Below, in pieces: positions 46,330-57,121 of a stretch of DNA of 64,000 nt. Every line of letters starts with the position of its first letter. The stretch's first letter is position 1. The DNA is taken from IMG/VR virus record IMGVR_UViG_2799113255_000001, positions 32,811 through 96,810 of that record. One strand, 5' to 3'. The position numbers and the translations under genes were made by a program. Source of the stretch: a virus. Lineage: Duplodnaviria > Caudoviricetes. The notes beneath the pieces were generated by a model, which saw only the letters and a program-made list of their open reading frames with translations, was not told the origin of the DNA and searched no databases.

Positions 46330-48053
46330 TGGCGATTCGTTACCCCGCAGGACCCGTCGTGCCGCACGGCTGGTACCACATCGTCAAGGGCCACCGCCCG
46401 ATGATGCGGCTCACCGCGTTCGACGGCTCCATTGAGTTCTACATCATGGGTGGTCATTCGATCCCAGACCGGTTCACGGCACCAGAGTGTGTGCAGGTTC
46501 AACGCGACGGAATCACGGGCCTAATTCCTCCGTGGAAGCACATCACCCAGAAGGGTGCTACCCAAGACGGTGTCACGCACATCGATGCCCTCCTGGACCC
46601 GGTGGAAGTGCAGCTGACGCTGGATTGCCGGGGCCGAGACCCCAAGCACACCCGCAAGGTCTACCGGGACCTCATTGCATCGATCGACGCCATCAAGCAG
46701 TCCAAGCTGGACTTCCTGGATCAGGAGGCTGGCCACTGGTGGGCGGATGTGCGTTGGTTCCAAGGCGCTCCGAAAGATCCAATCACCGGGTCGCAGAAGA
46801 ACACTCAGCGCATCACCCTACGCCTACAGGCTGACACGGGCTGCTGGAAAACCTACGACCACTCCGATGCGTTCGTTTTCCTGTATGAGGCGATGACCGA
46901 CACCTTCAACGTCGATCACCGCTCCACCCAAGATTTAGGGGACATCCCGCAGTGGTATGAAGGCGACGGGGGAGGGTACTGCACCTCCAACGGCGATCAG
47001 ATGATCTGGGTTGATGACCCCGATGACCTGACCACCACCGAAGCGCGTCAGGTGATTAACGGCCCCTGGCCAGACTTCAACACCATCACCGATAACCAGG
47101 TCATAGCCCAAGTCCACGGGTCGTTCCAGGAATGGTCATTGCCGTATTCGGCGCGCAACATTCTTGGCGGCAGGATGGGCCGCAACCCTGACGGAAGCTG
47201 GGACGGCTCCGGGGTGTTCGTGGAGTACGGGTTCGGCGTGCTGCGCCTGTACTACATGGTCGACTTCGTCGAAACCACGATGCGCAACCAGCCGTTCTCC
47301 ATGCTCATCCCGCCACTGCCTGGCGAGAAGATGACCCTGGTCTGCGGATATGAAGGCAACAAGCGCATGTTCAAAGTTTTGCGCAACGGCCTGGAAATCC
47401 TGTCGCACACGGAAGCCGGCACCGGCTCACCCATGGGTGCCGACAACCGCGGTATCGGGAACGGCATGTACGCCGGGGGAGCTCTATTGACTCAGGCCAC
47501 CCCCGCGGCGATCCGCAAGATCGCAGCTGGCGACAACTCCGAGGTCTCACAAGAGGGATTTTTGCAACGGGTGAACATCGGTGATCAGCCGATGTACGAC
47601 GACTACACCCTGTTCGGTCCGGGGATCTTCAAGATCTACGACGGCCCCGGTTCAGATGAGTACGTGGAGTTCGGGCCTCTGTTGCCGAACCAAATCGTGT
47701 TCCTGCGCACCGACCCCCGTGTCAACACCACCCTGGTGCAGGACTTGACCGCGGTCCCGCCAACACCGCAAGAGCTGGACGTGTTCCAGGACGCTATCTC
47801 CAAGTTCCTGTCCTTCGCGGGCATGAACAACTCAGCGTTCGGCGATCAGATCAAGTCGTTCTTCGGCATCCGTCCACCGCAAGGGAATCTGTACAAGTAC
47901 CTCAAGGGTCGGTTCTCCCAGAATGCGGCGATCCCACCGAAGTCCCCAGGCGAGGACGCGAAGCCTTACTTCGTCAAAGTTGCGATCGACAACGGGAACG
48001 CCGACTCGAAGATCATCGCGTCCGGCACTCCATTAAGGCGCTACCCGCTCTAA
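46329..48053 (+). CDS. Minor tail protein (Dit-like)
   Basis: First gene after TMP, TAATG coupling. Confidence 0.8.
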   Translation: MAIRYPAGPVVPHGWYHIVKGHRPMMRLTAFDGSIEFYIMGGHSIPDRFTAPECVQVQRDGITGLIPPWKHITQKGATQDGVTHIDALLDPVEVQLTLDCRGRDPKHTRKVYRDLIASIDAIKQSKLDFLDQEAGHWWADVRWFQGAPKDPITGSQKNTQRITLRLQADTGCWKTYDHSDAFVFLYEAMTDTFNVDHRSTQDLGDIPQWYEGDGGGYCTSNGDQMIWVDDPDDLTTTEARQVINGPWPDFNTITDNQVIAQVHGSFQEWSLPYSARNILGGRMGRNPDGSWDGSGVFVEYGFGVLRLYYMVDFVETTMRNQPFSMLIPPLPGEKMTLVCGYEGNKRMFKVLRNGLEILSHTEAGTGSPMGADNRGIGNGMYAGGALLTQATPAAIRKIAAGDNSEVSQEGFLQRVNIGDQPMYDDYTLFGPGIFKIYDGPGSDEYVEFGPLLPNQIVFLRTDPRVNTTLVQDLTAVPPTPQELDVFQDAISKFLSFAGMNNSAFGDQIKSFFGIRPPQGNLYKYLKGRFSQNAAIPPKSPGEDAKPYFVKVAIDNGNADSKIIASGTPLRRYPL

Positions 48054-48096
48054 TGGCAGTCACATTGCGCCCCTGCAAACCAGGGGCTAACTAGTC

Positions 48097-49800
48097 ATGC
48101 CCGGAACAGACATGGACCGCTGGAAGGCCGCAATCCAGTCCGGTGACATCACCCGCATCGCCACAACAGCTCGGGCTCTGACGGAGAAGAAGTCGAAGGT
48201 AGACACCACTTTCCGTTTCACCGTCTGCGACAAGTTCTGGACACCCATGGGGTCGATTGGCAACGAGCTCATGGAGGCGTCAGGAACAGATCCCCGTAAT
48301 GACTGCCCTACCGCCCGGATCAAGCACAAGGGCGATAGCCCTCTCGTGCAGATGTTCATGGACTGCCGGAACACGATGGTGGGCATAGAAGTCGAGACCG
48401 CGGGCCTGCGGCAGAACTTCTACGTCAAAAAGCACGACTGGGAGTATCAAGACGGGGCGTGGACGGGAACCGTTGAGGCCAGGGGTATCTGGGACATCCT
48501 GAACTACTACGTGATCTGGCCATCGTGGTGGCTTCCCATACAGGCCCAGCCGTTTTCACACGCCATCTTCATCTGGGCATTGCAGACCTGCGTGGAGAAC
48601 ATGGTCGCCGAATGCGCCATCCGTTTGCAGTCCGGGTGGATGGAAGCCATCAACAACGGGCTCTCACTGAACCCGGACATTCGGGCGTGGTTCGGCACCG
48701 TCTTGCAGGCACTGAAGAACGATGGGCTGTCACCCCAAACATTCGCACGGATGCTCCGCACCCCAACGTATGTGAAGCGCACCAATCCTTTCCTGGACAC
48801 GTCCCCGCTGTGCGCCAAGACCGTTCGTATGGAAACCGTCGGCTCGGTCATCAAGGATGTCACCAAAGCCTACGGCGTCGACACTCGCATGGAGTTATGG
48901 CGTCCAGGCGACCCACAACCGGATCAGTGGATCAAGCTCGATCAGCCCACATACGTCTTTTCGACTGTCGACCGCAGTCAGATAGAAGGCCCCACAAAAA
49001 CTGTCCTTGATTCGGTTCTGCGGACGGTGGTGGACCTGGGCGGATCACTGGGCGGGATCTTCAAGCCGGTCATGAAGCAAGTCCCCGGCATGGATGGAGT
49101 GTTCTACGCACCCCTACTCGGTGTGAACTTCGAGCAACCCTACGCCTACCTTGTCGCCCCAGAATCCGGCGAGGACTCATCAATCACCTCCTGCCGGATC
49201 ACCAACCACACCCCCGAGGGTTGGCAGCACATCATCGGCGGCCGTAGCCCGAAGTGGTTAAACGATCTTATGAACGCCACGTTCGCGTGGTTGATCGATT
49301 CGCTGATGATAGTGGTCGGGTTCTCCGGTATCCCCTCGGACCTGCTATCAGGCTTCCTGAACAACAGCTTCCTGGCATTCCAGCTCATGCAGCACTACGA
49401 CCGACGCGATGAAGTCGGCCCCTACCACCCAGCAGTCGAGCGGTTCTATCCCACCGCTTCGGCGCCGTACAACATCGAGACGGTATTCGCGTTCATTAAC
49501 GCCCTCTTTGATTCGCAGGGCTACACCACCGCCCAAGTCACGTTCCGCAATGGTGACCAATACGCCTTGGGGAGAGACGTTTTCAAGGGCGGCTTGATGT
49601 CAGTCGTCTACCACGGTCGAACCAAGATGGTCACTGACTATGTCGAGAACGTCATATGGCGCATCACTCCAGATGAGCGAACCGTGGTGGCTCAACTCGG
49701 AGACGGCCGACGCGACGAAGCGCCGTTAGGCAAATTCCAGCGCCTGATCACGGGGGCATTCGAAGCCATAAACGTTCTTACCCTCGCGCCGCAGTCCTAA
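48097..49800 (+). CDS. Minor tail protein (Tal/hub-like)
   Basis: Second gene after TMP; GGRSPKWLN motif. Confidence 0.8.
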   Translation: MPGTDMDRWKAAIQSGDITRIATTARALTEKKSKVDTTFRFTVCDKFWTPMGSIGNELMEASGTDPRNDCPTARIKHKGDSPLVQMFMDCRNTMVGIEVETAGLRQNFYVKKHDWEYQDGAWTGTVEARGIWDILNYYVIWPSWWLPIQAQPFSHAIFIWALQTCVENMVAECAIRLQSGWMEAINNGLSLNPDIRAWFGTVLQALKNDGLSPQTFARMLRTPTYVKRTNPFLDTSPLCAKTVRMETVGSVIKDVTKAYGVDTRMELWRPGDPQPDQWIKLDQPTYVFSTVDRSQIEGPTKTVLDSVLRTVVDLGGSLGGIFKPVMKQVPGMDGVFYAPLLGVNFEQPYAYLVAPESGEDSSITSCRITNHTPEGWQHIIGGRSPKWLNDLMNATFAWLIDSLMIVVGFSGIPSDLLSGFLNNSFLAFQLMQHYDRRDEVGPYHPAVERFYPTASAPYNIETVFAFINALFDSQGYTTAQVTFRNGDQYALGRDVFKGGLMSVVYHGRTKMVTDYVENVIWRITPDERTVVAQLGDGRRDEAPLGKFQRLITGAFEAINVLTLAPQS

Positions 49801-49854
49801 CTCCCGCCCGCTTCGCGCGGCGTCTCTCGTTTCCCAATCCCGATTGGAGACAAC

Positions 49855-50691
49855 ATGTCTTGGCCTACAACCCCGGATGGGCAGCGGTATCTCTTTGAGG
49901 GCATCATCGAGATGCCTGTCAGCCCCGAAACTGGCGCCGCGATGCTGCTGCTGCGCCCGCAGGGCGGGATGGGTGTAGGTATTCCTGCCATCGCGCAGGG
50001 TGATCCCGGTGTTCACGCAGAGCTGGACACGGCAATCAACTTCACCGCTCTTGAACCCGGTGATGCAACGCCAGATTCCGCATCGTTCACGCTGATCACA
50101 CCGCCGACCGCCAGCACCCCCGGTAAGTGGAAGCTGAACCTTGCCCTGCATAAGGGCCAGAAGGGTGACAACGGCGAAACGGTTTGGGATCCAACCGACC
50201 TGTCCGGCACCCCGGTAGCGGGGCAAATCCCCGCGGTCACTTCGGCCGGCACCGGATTTGAGCTGGTTGCGCAGAAGATCCCCGAGGTCTTTTATCCGGG
50301 CACAATCAACAACACCCCCTCGGGCAACCCTAACTACACGCTGGCGCAGATTTCCATCCCCGCGCGCCCGTACGCGCGCAGGGTGCGTGCCGGCGGATTC
50401 ACTGTGGTCACCGGTGAAGCCGCAGATGTGCGAGTCAACCTCCTGGCACGCCTGAACGGCGAAAGCGGCGGCAACATCATTGGCCGCTGCGTTGGTATCG
50501 CACAGACCGAGCGGCTGCCCATGGATCCGGGGAAGCCGATCGAATCTGGCACCGCATCGGACTCCTACACCCAGATCGCCGCTAACGCATCCGCCACGGT
50601 GTACATCCGGTGTGAACGCCAAGCCGGTACCAGCACGTACACGACTTCGGCGTCCAGTTCGCAGTTTTGGGCTGAGGTTCTGCCGCTGTGA
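49855..50691 (+). CDS. Minor tail protein
   Basis: GGAG RBS; GDPG and GQKGDNG segments. Confidence 0.75.
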   Translation: MSWPTTPDGQRYLFEGIIEMPVSPETGAAMLLLRPQGGMGVGIPAIAQGDPGVHAELDTAINFTALEPGDATPDSASFTLITPPTASTPGKWKLNLALHKGQKGDNGETVWDPTDLSGTPVAGQIPAVTSAGTGFELVAQKIPEVFYPGTINNTPSGNPNYTLAQISIPARPYARRVRAGGFTVVTGEAADVRVNLLARLNGESGGNIIGRCVGIAQTERLPMDPGKPIESGTASDSYTQIAANASATVYIRCERQAGTSTYTTSASSSQFWAEVLPL

Positions 50692-53600
50692 CATCGGGGA
50701 TTCCCGAATGGGCGCAGGCGATCCCGTCTGCCCCGGTCCATCAGGAGCAGCCCAATGAGCTGACACGTCCGTTCACGGCGCAGCAGCTCATTGAGTTCGG
50801 CGAACAGCTCATCGAGCAGTTCCTGCGGCGCGTAGTCCTGGCCGTGGTCGGCTCATTCATCCCCGGTGAAGGCTCGTTCGAGCAGCTGGAGGAATGGGCA
50901 CACAGCATCCCGATCATCGGCGACATCATCGAGATCATCAAGGACTTCCTGAACGGAAACCTGTTCGGGCGGGACGGATTCATTCTGTCGAACCTGATCC
51001 CGGCCTTGTCGTTCAGCTGGATCACCGATGAGCAGCCCAACCTGTTGGTGGCGGGCAATTTCCAGGACGGCGCCAGCATCGCCGACAACCCCTACTGGAC
51101 GTGGGAATCCGGTGTCACGCATAGTGCGGACAGTTCCGGAAGTGTCAAGGTAACCGCGAACGGTGTCACGAAAGCGTTGCGGTCCAACGAGATCCTTGCC
51201 AACCCTGGCCAAACCATGTCGCTGGAGATGTGGGTGAAGTGGTCTGGATATACGGGCATTAATTCTCCGATCAAGTTGCAGATGGTCGAGTTCTCCGGTC
51301 GCGGGGATAGCGCTGTACAGGTTGGTGTTGAGGACGTTGCGACCCTGAACCCCAACACGTCAACGGGGGATTGGCGTCAAATGACCGGGAACTACACGGT
51401 TCCCGACGGTGTACATGCGGTGCGTGTGCGCATCCTGGTGACCAAGGATGCCACCTCGGGTGTGCTGAACTTCGATGACGGTGTTGGTAAGAAGACCAAC
51501 AAGATTCAGCAGGGCTGGATCGACGGTTTGTCGAACACGTTCCAGGAAGTGCTGTCGCGGTGGCAGTTGATCATCGACACCGTCGTCAACGGGATCACAG
51601 GCTCTAACAACGCGTTCCACACTCTGGAAGATCTGTTCGAGGCCGTCACTCATATCCCGCTGTTTAAGATCCTTGGCTTCGGTGGCCCGGGGGATGCGAA
51701 CACAACGTTCGAGGAGTTCCTTTCTCATCTTCTCGGGGGGATGTCGGGCTCAACCGACCCGAACGCCAATGGTGGTTTCGCTGACTTGTTCAATGTCGCG
51801 AAGCTGTTGCAGACCGCGGCGGCGATGGGGGAGAGCGCCTTCCAGATCCTCTCTATCCGCAACAACACCCCAGTCAATACGGGTCTGTTGCCGTCGGGCC
51901 GGTCGAACTACGGCCTGACCAGCGTCAACACCACTCTTTCGGCCACACAGAGTGCGTCGCTGATCGCGACAATGCGAGTGGAGCAAGACATCGCTTTGGG
52001 GGTGGTGTCGTGGCTGGGCTGCGGCACCAGCGGCATCACCGCGTTCTACGTCAACATCTGGAAACTCGATGGGGTTTCTGGGGACTGGTCTTTGGTGCAT
52101 CACTCGCCGAACATCCTGTCCGAGCTGACCGCCGGTACTACGCCGACGTGGACGTTCTATCAGCTCGACACCCCAGTTGATCAGAAGGCGGGGGAAACCT
52201 ACGCCTACGAACTCGTCCCCGTCGGCGGAACCCACAGTGTCCGCGGAATTTCGACCACGGACAATATTCCTGATCACCCGTTCGCGCAGGTCGTTGGTTT
52301 GGCGGCGACACGGGATAACTCGTCATCGCCGAACACCCCTCCGTCGACCATCGCCAAATCCAGTGTCGTCCGGTCGGGGAACATCCCGTGGATTGAGACG
52401 GCCATCGACACCGGAAACGGTGTGGGCTACTACGACCCCATCTCGGTGTATGCCGTTGACGATGGCACGATTCCGATCCCGTCGTGGTGCAACTTCGTTG
52501 ATGTTGTAGCAGTAGGTGGTGCCGGTGGCGGCCAGATGGGGTTCACCGTCGGATTCCACGGAGAACCGGGATCTCCGGGTCTCTACAAGGCCGCAACGTG
52601 GCAACGGGGCGTGCACTTCGCCGACGACACGGTTCTCACGTTCACGAAGGGTCCCGGCGGACTAGGTGGACGCCTCGGCCACGATGACGGCGAAGACGGC
52701 ACGGCTACTAGTTGGTCAATTCCTGACTACAGCATCACGGCGGAACCCGGAATCGGCGGTACTGAACTACAGCTGGGCTACAACCCCATTGGTCGCGGTC
52801 CCGGGAATTTCGAGTACAAGGGCGAGAACCATGTCGGTGGCGCGGACCAAAAGGTACCCGGCCGCGACGGTGTATCCCCGGGCGGTGGCGGTAACGGCGG
52901 CAATGGGCTGACGTTCCAGAACGGCGGCAAGGGGGCCGACGGCGCGGGCTGGGTGAGGTTCCGGCAGAACCCACTCGAGGGTGAAGAAGTCATCGGCGGC
53001 CCCGGCCAAGTATTAGTCCCCAGCATCGAATCCACCGCATCGCTGGGCACACCGACCGTCTCGGGTGGGTTGTCGCTGCTTCCGCTGGAGGATCAGGCCG
53101 CTATCGACGCGATCGTGGCAGCGAACATGACCGCCCCGGGTGGGGTGTTGGCCATCCAGTCCCCAGACGGGTACTACACGAAGGCGTACGGCAAGGTCTC
53201 CACTGCCGCGGGGGCGCGGAACGTGATCCTAGAGGACCACTTCCGTATCGGTTCCTGCACCAAGTCGTTCACCGCGACCATGATCTTGCAGGCAGTCGAC
53301 CGCGGATTGTTGTCGCTGGATGACCCGCTAGAGAAGTTCCTTCCCGGCGTCCCCGGTGGCACCAAGATAACGGTCCGGCACATGATGTGCCTGCGGTCGG
53401 GTCTGTTCAACGAACAAACCGACCTCGGCATGATGATGCGCTACTTCCTGATGCCGACCTCTGACTGGACGGACGAAGAAACACTCGCGATCGTCAAACA
53501 GCACGAACCGGCCTTTGAACCCGGCCAAGGATGGGCGTACGTCAACTCCAACTACTTCCTGCTGGGAATGATTGTTTCGATCGTCAATGGCCGCCCCACA

Positions 53601-54791
53601 CGAGACGTTCTACAGACGGACATTCTTGATCCGTTGGGTTTGACGCAAACCAGTTGGCCCACCACCGCGAAGATGCCCGAGCCGTATGCGAACGGACACG
53701 CCTGGGCTACCGGCATTTTCGGTGGCGGGGCATGGCAGGACGCCACCGAAACCGGGCCGGGATATGCGAGCGCTGCCGGTGTCATGATTTCCACCGCCCA
53801 CGACCTGCTGCTGTGGGCCAAGGAATTACGCGACGGCACTCTGTTGAGTCCGGAGTTGCATGAGCTGAGAACTAAATGCTACTGGCCTGTCCCGTGGGGC
53901 AATGATGATCAGCTGACCTATTTCGGGTACGGGCACGGCATGTTCGAACTCGGGCAGTGGCGCGGCCATGGCGGTTCGTGGCGCGGCTACGAAGTCTCGG
54001 TCTACTACCTGCCGAACGGCACGTTGTTCGCGATGTGTGAGAACGCCCAGACCCCGACCGTTGAGGTTGAGGTGTCGATGATGTTCAAAATCGGCAAGTA
54101 CCTTTACCCGGATTCTCTGACGGTCCCTGATTATCAGGCGAATCGGGTGTTCGGTATCCCGTCGAAAGCTTCGGTCGGTAAACCGATCGTCGGCAGTATT
54201 GATGTCAAGTTCGACAACAAGAGCACCGTGGGTACAAGCCAGGCGACGATCCCGGAATTCACACTAGACCCCGAAGCCAACATTGTGTTCGCCTATATGG
54301 CAACACAATCCGGTATAGACATGTCTGGGGTGACGGCGAAAATCGGTGGCGTCACCATGAACAAACTGCCGGTTATCTCCAATGGATCGAACCGGCTGGT
54401 GGTGTGGTGGCTACTCGACCCTCCCACTGGGGCACGGTCGATCAACCTGATCGGCACACCGTATGGATCGAACTACGCAACCGGTGCAGCATCCTACAAA
54501 CTCGCCGCACCCACCGGGATTGAAACCCCCGTAATCACGCAGGGCTACAGCGCATCCCCATCAGTCAGCGCTACCACGAATAGCCACGGCAGGATTGTCA
54601 ACGCCTTCCTGTACGGGGGCCAGACCAGTGGCTACAACCAAACCGAGCGTGGACATTTGGATGCCGTCGCGTTCGGCGCCGGACTGATATTCGGTGACGC
54701 CCCAGGGGGTTCGGTGACGTTCACTCAAACCCTCACAGCTGCCGCCCCATGGATCGGTATCGCGATCCCCATCGTCTCCAACGCGGAATAG
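50688..54791 (+). CDS. Large minor tail protein: carbohydrate-binding-like + Gly-rich + serine hydrolase (D-Ala-D-Ala carboxypeptidase fold)
   Basis: NLL..GNF domain; Gly-rich tract; FRIGSCTK, YVN, GHGG motifs. Confidence 0.85.
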   Translation: MTSGIPEWAQAIPSAPVHQEQPNELTRPFTAQQLIEFGEQLIEQFLRRVVLAVVGSFIPGEGSFEQLEEWAHSIPIIGDIIEIIKDFLNGNLFGRDGFILSNLIPALSFSWITDEQPNLLVAGNFQDGASIADNPYWTWESGVTHSADSSGSVKVTANGVTKALRSNEILANPGQTMSLEMWVKWSGYTGINSPIKLQMVEFSGRGDSAVQVGVEDVATLNPNTSTGDWRQMTGNYTVPDGVHAVRVRILVTKDATSGVLNFDDGVGKKTNKIQQGWIDGLSNTFQEVLSRWQLIIDTVVNGITGSNNAFHTLEDLFEAVTHIPLFKILGFGGPGDANTTFEEFLSHLLGGMSGSTDPNANGGFADLFNVAKLLQTAAAMGESAFQILSIRNNTPVNTGLLPSGRSNYGLTSVNTTLSATQSASLIATMRVEQDIALGVVSWLGCGTSGITAFYVNIWKLDGVSGDWSLVHHSPNILSELTAGTTPTWTFYQLDTPVDQKAGETYAYELVPVGGTHSVRGISTTDNIPDHPFAQVVGLAATRDNSSSPNTPPSTIAKSSVVRSGNIPWIETAIDTGNGVGYYDPISVYAVDDGTIPIPSWCNFVDVVAVGGAGGGQMGFTVGFHGEPGSPGLYKAATWQRGVHFADDTVLTFTKGPGGLGGRLGHDDGEDGTATSWSIPDYSITAEPGIGGTELQLGYNPIGRGPGNFEYKGENHVGGADQKVPGRDGVSPGGGGNGGNGLTFQNGGKGADGAGWVRFRQNPLEGEEVIGGPGQVLVPSIESTASLGTPTVSGGLSLLPLEDQAAIDAIVAANMTAPGGVLAIQSPDGYYTKAYGKVSTAAGARNVILEDHFRIGSCTKSFTATMILQAVDRGLLSLDDPLEKFLPGVPGGTKITVRHMMCLRSGLFNEQTDLGMMMRYFLMPTSDWTDEETLAIVKQHEPAFEPGQGWAYVNSNYFLLGMIVSIVNGRPTRDVLQTDILDPLGLTQTSWPTTAKMPEPYANGHAWATGIFGGGAWQDATETGPGYASAAGVMISTAHDLLLWAKELRDGTLLSPELHELRTKCYWPVPWGNDDQLTYFGYGHGMFELGQWRGHGGSWRGYEVSVYYLPNGTLFAMCENAQTPTVEVEVSMMFKIGKYLYPDSLTVPDYQANRVFGIPSKASVGKPIVGSIDVKFDNKSTVGTSQATIPEFTLDPEANIVFAYMATQSGIDMSGVTAKIGGVTMNKLPVISNGSNRLVVWWLLDPPTGARSINLIGTPYGSNYATGAASYKLAAPTGIETPVITQGYSASPSVSATTNSHGRIVNAFLYGGQTSGYNQTERGHLDAVAFGAGLIFGDAPGGSVTFTQTLTAAAPWIGIAIPIVSNAE

Positions 54792-54801
54792 GGAGAACCT
54801 T

Positions 54802-55200
54802 ATGGTCAACGCTTTGTACGATCACGCCCGAGAAGCATTCCTTAAGGGCGACCTCGACTGGGAAGTTCAGAACTTCAAAGTCTGCGGAGTGGACGCCACG
54901 TATACCCCCAATATCGCAACCCACCAGTACCTTTCGGATATCACGGGGATCGTGTGCACATCCTCCAACCTGTCCAGTAAGTCATGGACCGCTGGTGTCG
55001 CGGATGCCGCTGATGTCGTGTTCCCGACAGTCACGGGTGCAACGATCGTGCGCTGGATCATCTACCAAGACACCGGCACCGCGGGGACATCACAGCTTGT
55101 CGCGTTATACGACACAGCATCCGGGTTACCAACCATCCCCGATGGCACGAACATAACGGTCACCTGGGACAACGGGGCTAGTCGGATCTTCCGCATCTAA
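54802..55200 (+). CDS. Small tail-associated protein
   Basis: Paralogous to 56439..56876. Confidence 0.7.
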   Translation: MVNALYDHAREAFLKGDLDWEVQNFKVCGVDATYTPNIATHQYLSDITGIVCTSSNLSSKSWTAGVADAADVVFPTVTGATIVRWIIYQDTGTAGTSQLVALYDTASGLPTIPDGTNITVTWDNGASRIFRI

Positions 55201-55202
55201 CC

Positions 55203-56423
55203 ATGGCTGGTGTAACCGGCTGGTGGGCCGAAACATTCATCGAGACTACGGGCGCAACACTCACGCTGACTGGCGGGCGCCCACAGATCACTGCAACGCA
55301 AGACAACCACATCTCCCCAACTCCGGCAGTCATAACCGTGACCGGCGGGCGGCCAAGTGTGGACGGCCCGCCAATCCAGCCCACTCCAGCCCAACTCACT
55401 ATCACCGGCGGGCAGCCGCTCATCAGGGTAGGCAACGTCGTGGCGCCCTCACCGGCGGAGTTGACTATTACGGGCGGCACCCCGTCGATTGTTCAGTCCC
55501 AGAACAACATAGTTTCCCCGGCTGGCGCATCGGTGACTATTACCGGTGGGCGGCCCGTGGTGACTACGGGACCAATCGTGACACCTACCGCTGCGGCGGT
55601 GACCGTTACCGGGGGCACTCCGTCGCTCGCTGCACAGATAGCCCCGACGCCCGCCACTGTGACTATTACAGGCGGACGCCCATCGATAGATGTTCGGTAC
55701 CCTCCACCTGCCGCGTCTCTGACCATCACGGGTGGACGCCCGGTTATCGATACGCGGGTAGCGCCCGCTGGGGCCTCTGTGACCATTACGGGCGGAACGC
55801 CTGTGGTCACCACCATCCACACCGTGTCCTTTGTTGGCGCCAACGGAAATGCGAGCAGTTCGGTCACTATCCCGACGCATCAAGTTGGCGATCTGATCGT
55901 TCTGTTCGCGTACAACCCGTTCTCAACGTCTGCGCCCACCAAGCCGTCGGCAGGTGGCACGGTACCGAACTACACCTACATCGACAATGCCAACAGTGGC
56001 AGCGGCTCGGGCTGCGCCACGGCGTATTTCAAAGCTACTGCAACCAATACAACGTCTGGTTCATGGGGTAGTGCCTCCCACATGATCGCGGTGGTGATAC
56101 GGGATCAGAACGCATCCTCGCCGATCGGCGGTCATGCCCAAGCCGCTGGAACCGGCGCCTCATCCACTGCGCCGTCGGTGACATTGACCCACACGGATGG
56201 ATCCTCGGTGCTGCTGCATTTCCATGGGCACGCCAGCTTGGGGGCGGGCGGATGGGATGCCGCGCCAGCGGGATACACGCGCCAGGCGTCATCGGGTGCG
56301 GCGTTCGGTTCGGCCTCTGCCTTCAACACTAAGAACGTGACCACCACCGATGGATCTGTGGCTCAGTCGGGTGGACAGTCCGGCCAGAACTACGCGGCAG
56401 CAACCGTCGAAATCATCAACTAA
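55203..56423 (+). CDS. Minor tail/fibre protein with nine T(I/V/L)TGG(R/T/Q)P repeats
   Basis: ~21-aa repeats, then a domain shared with 14428..15135. Confidence 0.78.
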   Translation: MAGVTGWWAETFIETTGATLTLTGGRPQITATQDNHISPTPAVITVTGGRPSVDGPPIQPTPAQLTITGGQPLIRVGNVVAPSPAELTITGGTPSIVQSQNNIVSPAGASVTITGGRPVVTTGPIVTPTAAAVTVTGGTPSLAAQIAPTPATVTITGGRPSIDVRYPPPAASLTITGGRPVIDTRVAPAGASVTITGGTPVVTTIHTVSFVGANGNASSSVTIPTHQVGDLIVLFAYNPFSTSAPTKPSAGGTVPNYTYIDNANSGSGSGCATAYFKATATNTTSGSWGSASHMIAVVIRDQNASSPIGGHAQAAGTGASSTAPSVTLTHTDGSSVLLHFHGHASLGAGGWDAAPAGYTRQASSGAAFGSASAFNTKNVTTTDGSVAQSGGQSGQNYAAATVEIIN

Positions 56424-56438
56424 CGAAAGGACACCCCA

Positions 56439-56876
56439 ATGACTGCAGGAACATGGACGTATCCCACTGCGGCGCGGAAGAACGTCATAGACGGCACGTT
56501 CGATGTGGACTCCGACACCTGGCGAGTTGCCCTGGTAACCGCTTCATCCAATATCGGTGCTTCAACAACCACATGGGCCGGTGTCACCAATGAGGTGGCG
56601 AACGGAAATGGTTACACCACAGGCGGTGTCGCTGTGTCGCTCACCATCGGTGGAACGACCATCCCATCCGTAACTTTCGCCACCAACCCATCGTGGACTG
56701 CGTCTGGCGGGAGCATCACAGCACGCTACGCGGTTCTCTATGAGCTTGGCGGCAACGTGATGTGCTACGTGCTCTTAGATAACACCCCTGCCGATGTGGT
56801 GACTACCAACGGCAACTCACTCACGATTGATGGCGACGGAACCCCTTCGCCGATCTACACGGTGACATTCGCTTAG
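56439..56876 (+). CDS. Small tail-associated protein
   Basis: GAAAGGA RBS; NEV..GNGYTTGG...WTASGGSITARYAVLY. Confidence 0.72.
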   Translation: MTAGTWTYPTAARKNVIDGTFDVDSDTWRVALVTASSNIGASTTTWAGVTNEVANGNGYTTGGVAVSLTIGGTTIPSVTFATNPSWTASGGSITARYAVLYELGGNVMCYVLLDNTPADVVTTNGNSLTIDGDGTPSPIYTVTFA

Positions 56877-56937
56877 CACGCATCTCCTCGTGGGCCTCGC
56901 TAGTGCGGGGTCTTTTTTAATGCCCGAAAGAGGTCGC

Positions 56938-57072
56938 ATGTTCTCTCAACTGCTGCGGTACCCCGCCTTCTACACCGTTGTTGGGTTGGCGGGGTTCGGG
57001 TTCGGAGTGTGGTTCCTGCGCTCCCGCTCGGCGGGTAGGCCGGGGCTTGATCCTCGGATCGGAGGTATCTGA
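56938..57072 (+). CDS. Small membrane protein
   Basis: GAGG RBS; single TM helix. Confidence 0.55.
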   Translation: MFSQLLRYPAFYTVVGLAGFGFGVWFLRSRSAGRPGLDPRIGGI

Positions 57073-57121
57073 TGCTGCGCAAGATCAATGAGTGGCTGTC
57101 CGCGATCTGGTGGTCGTACTG

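Noticed and set aside
50688-56423. Diversity-generating retroelement acting on tail genes
   Set aside because: No reverse transcriptase and no adenine-specific TR/VR pair seen; similarity to 14428..15135 looks like ordinary divergence
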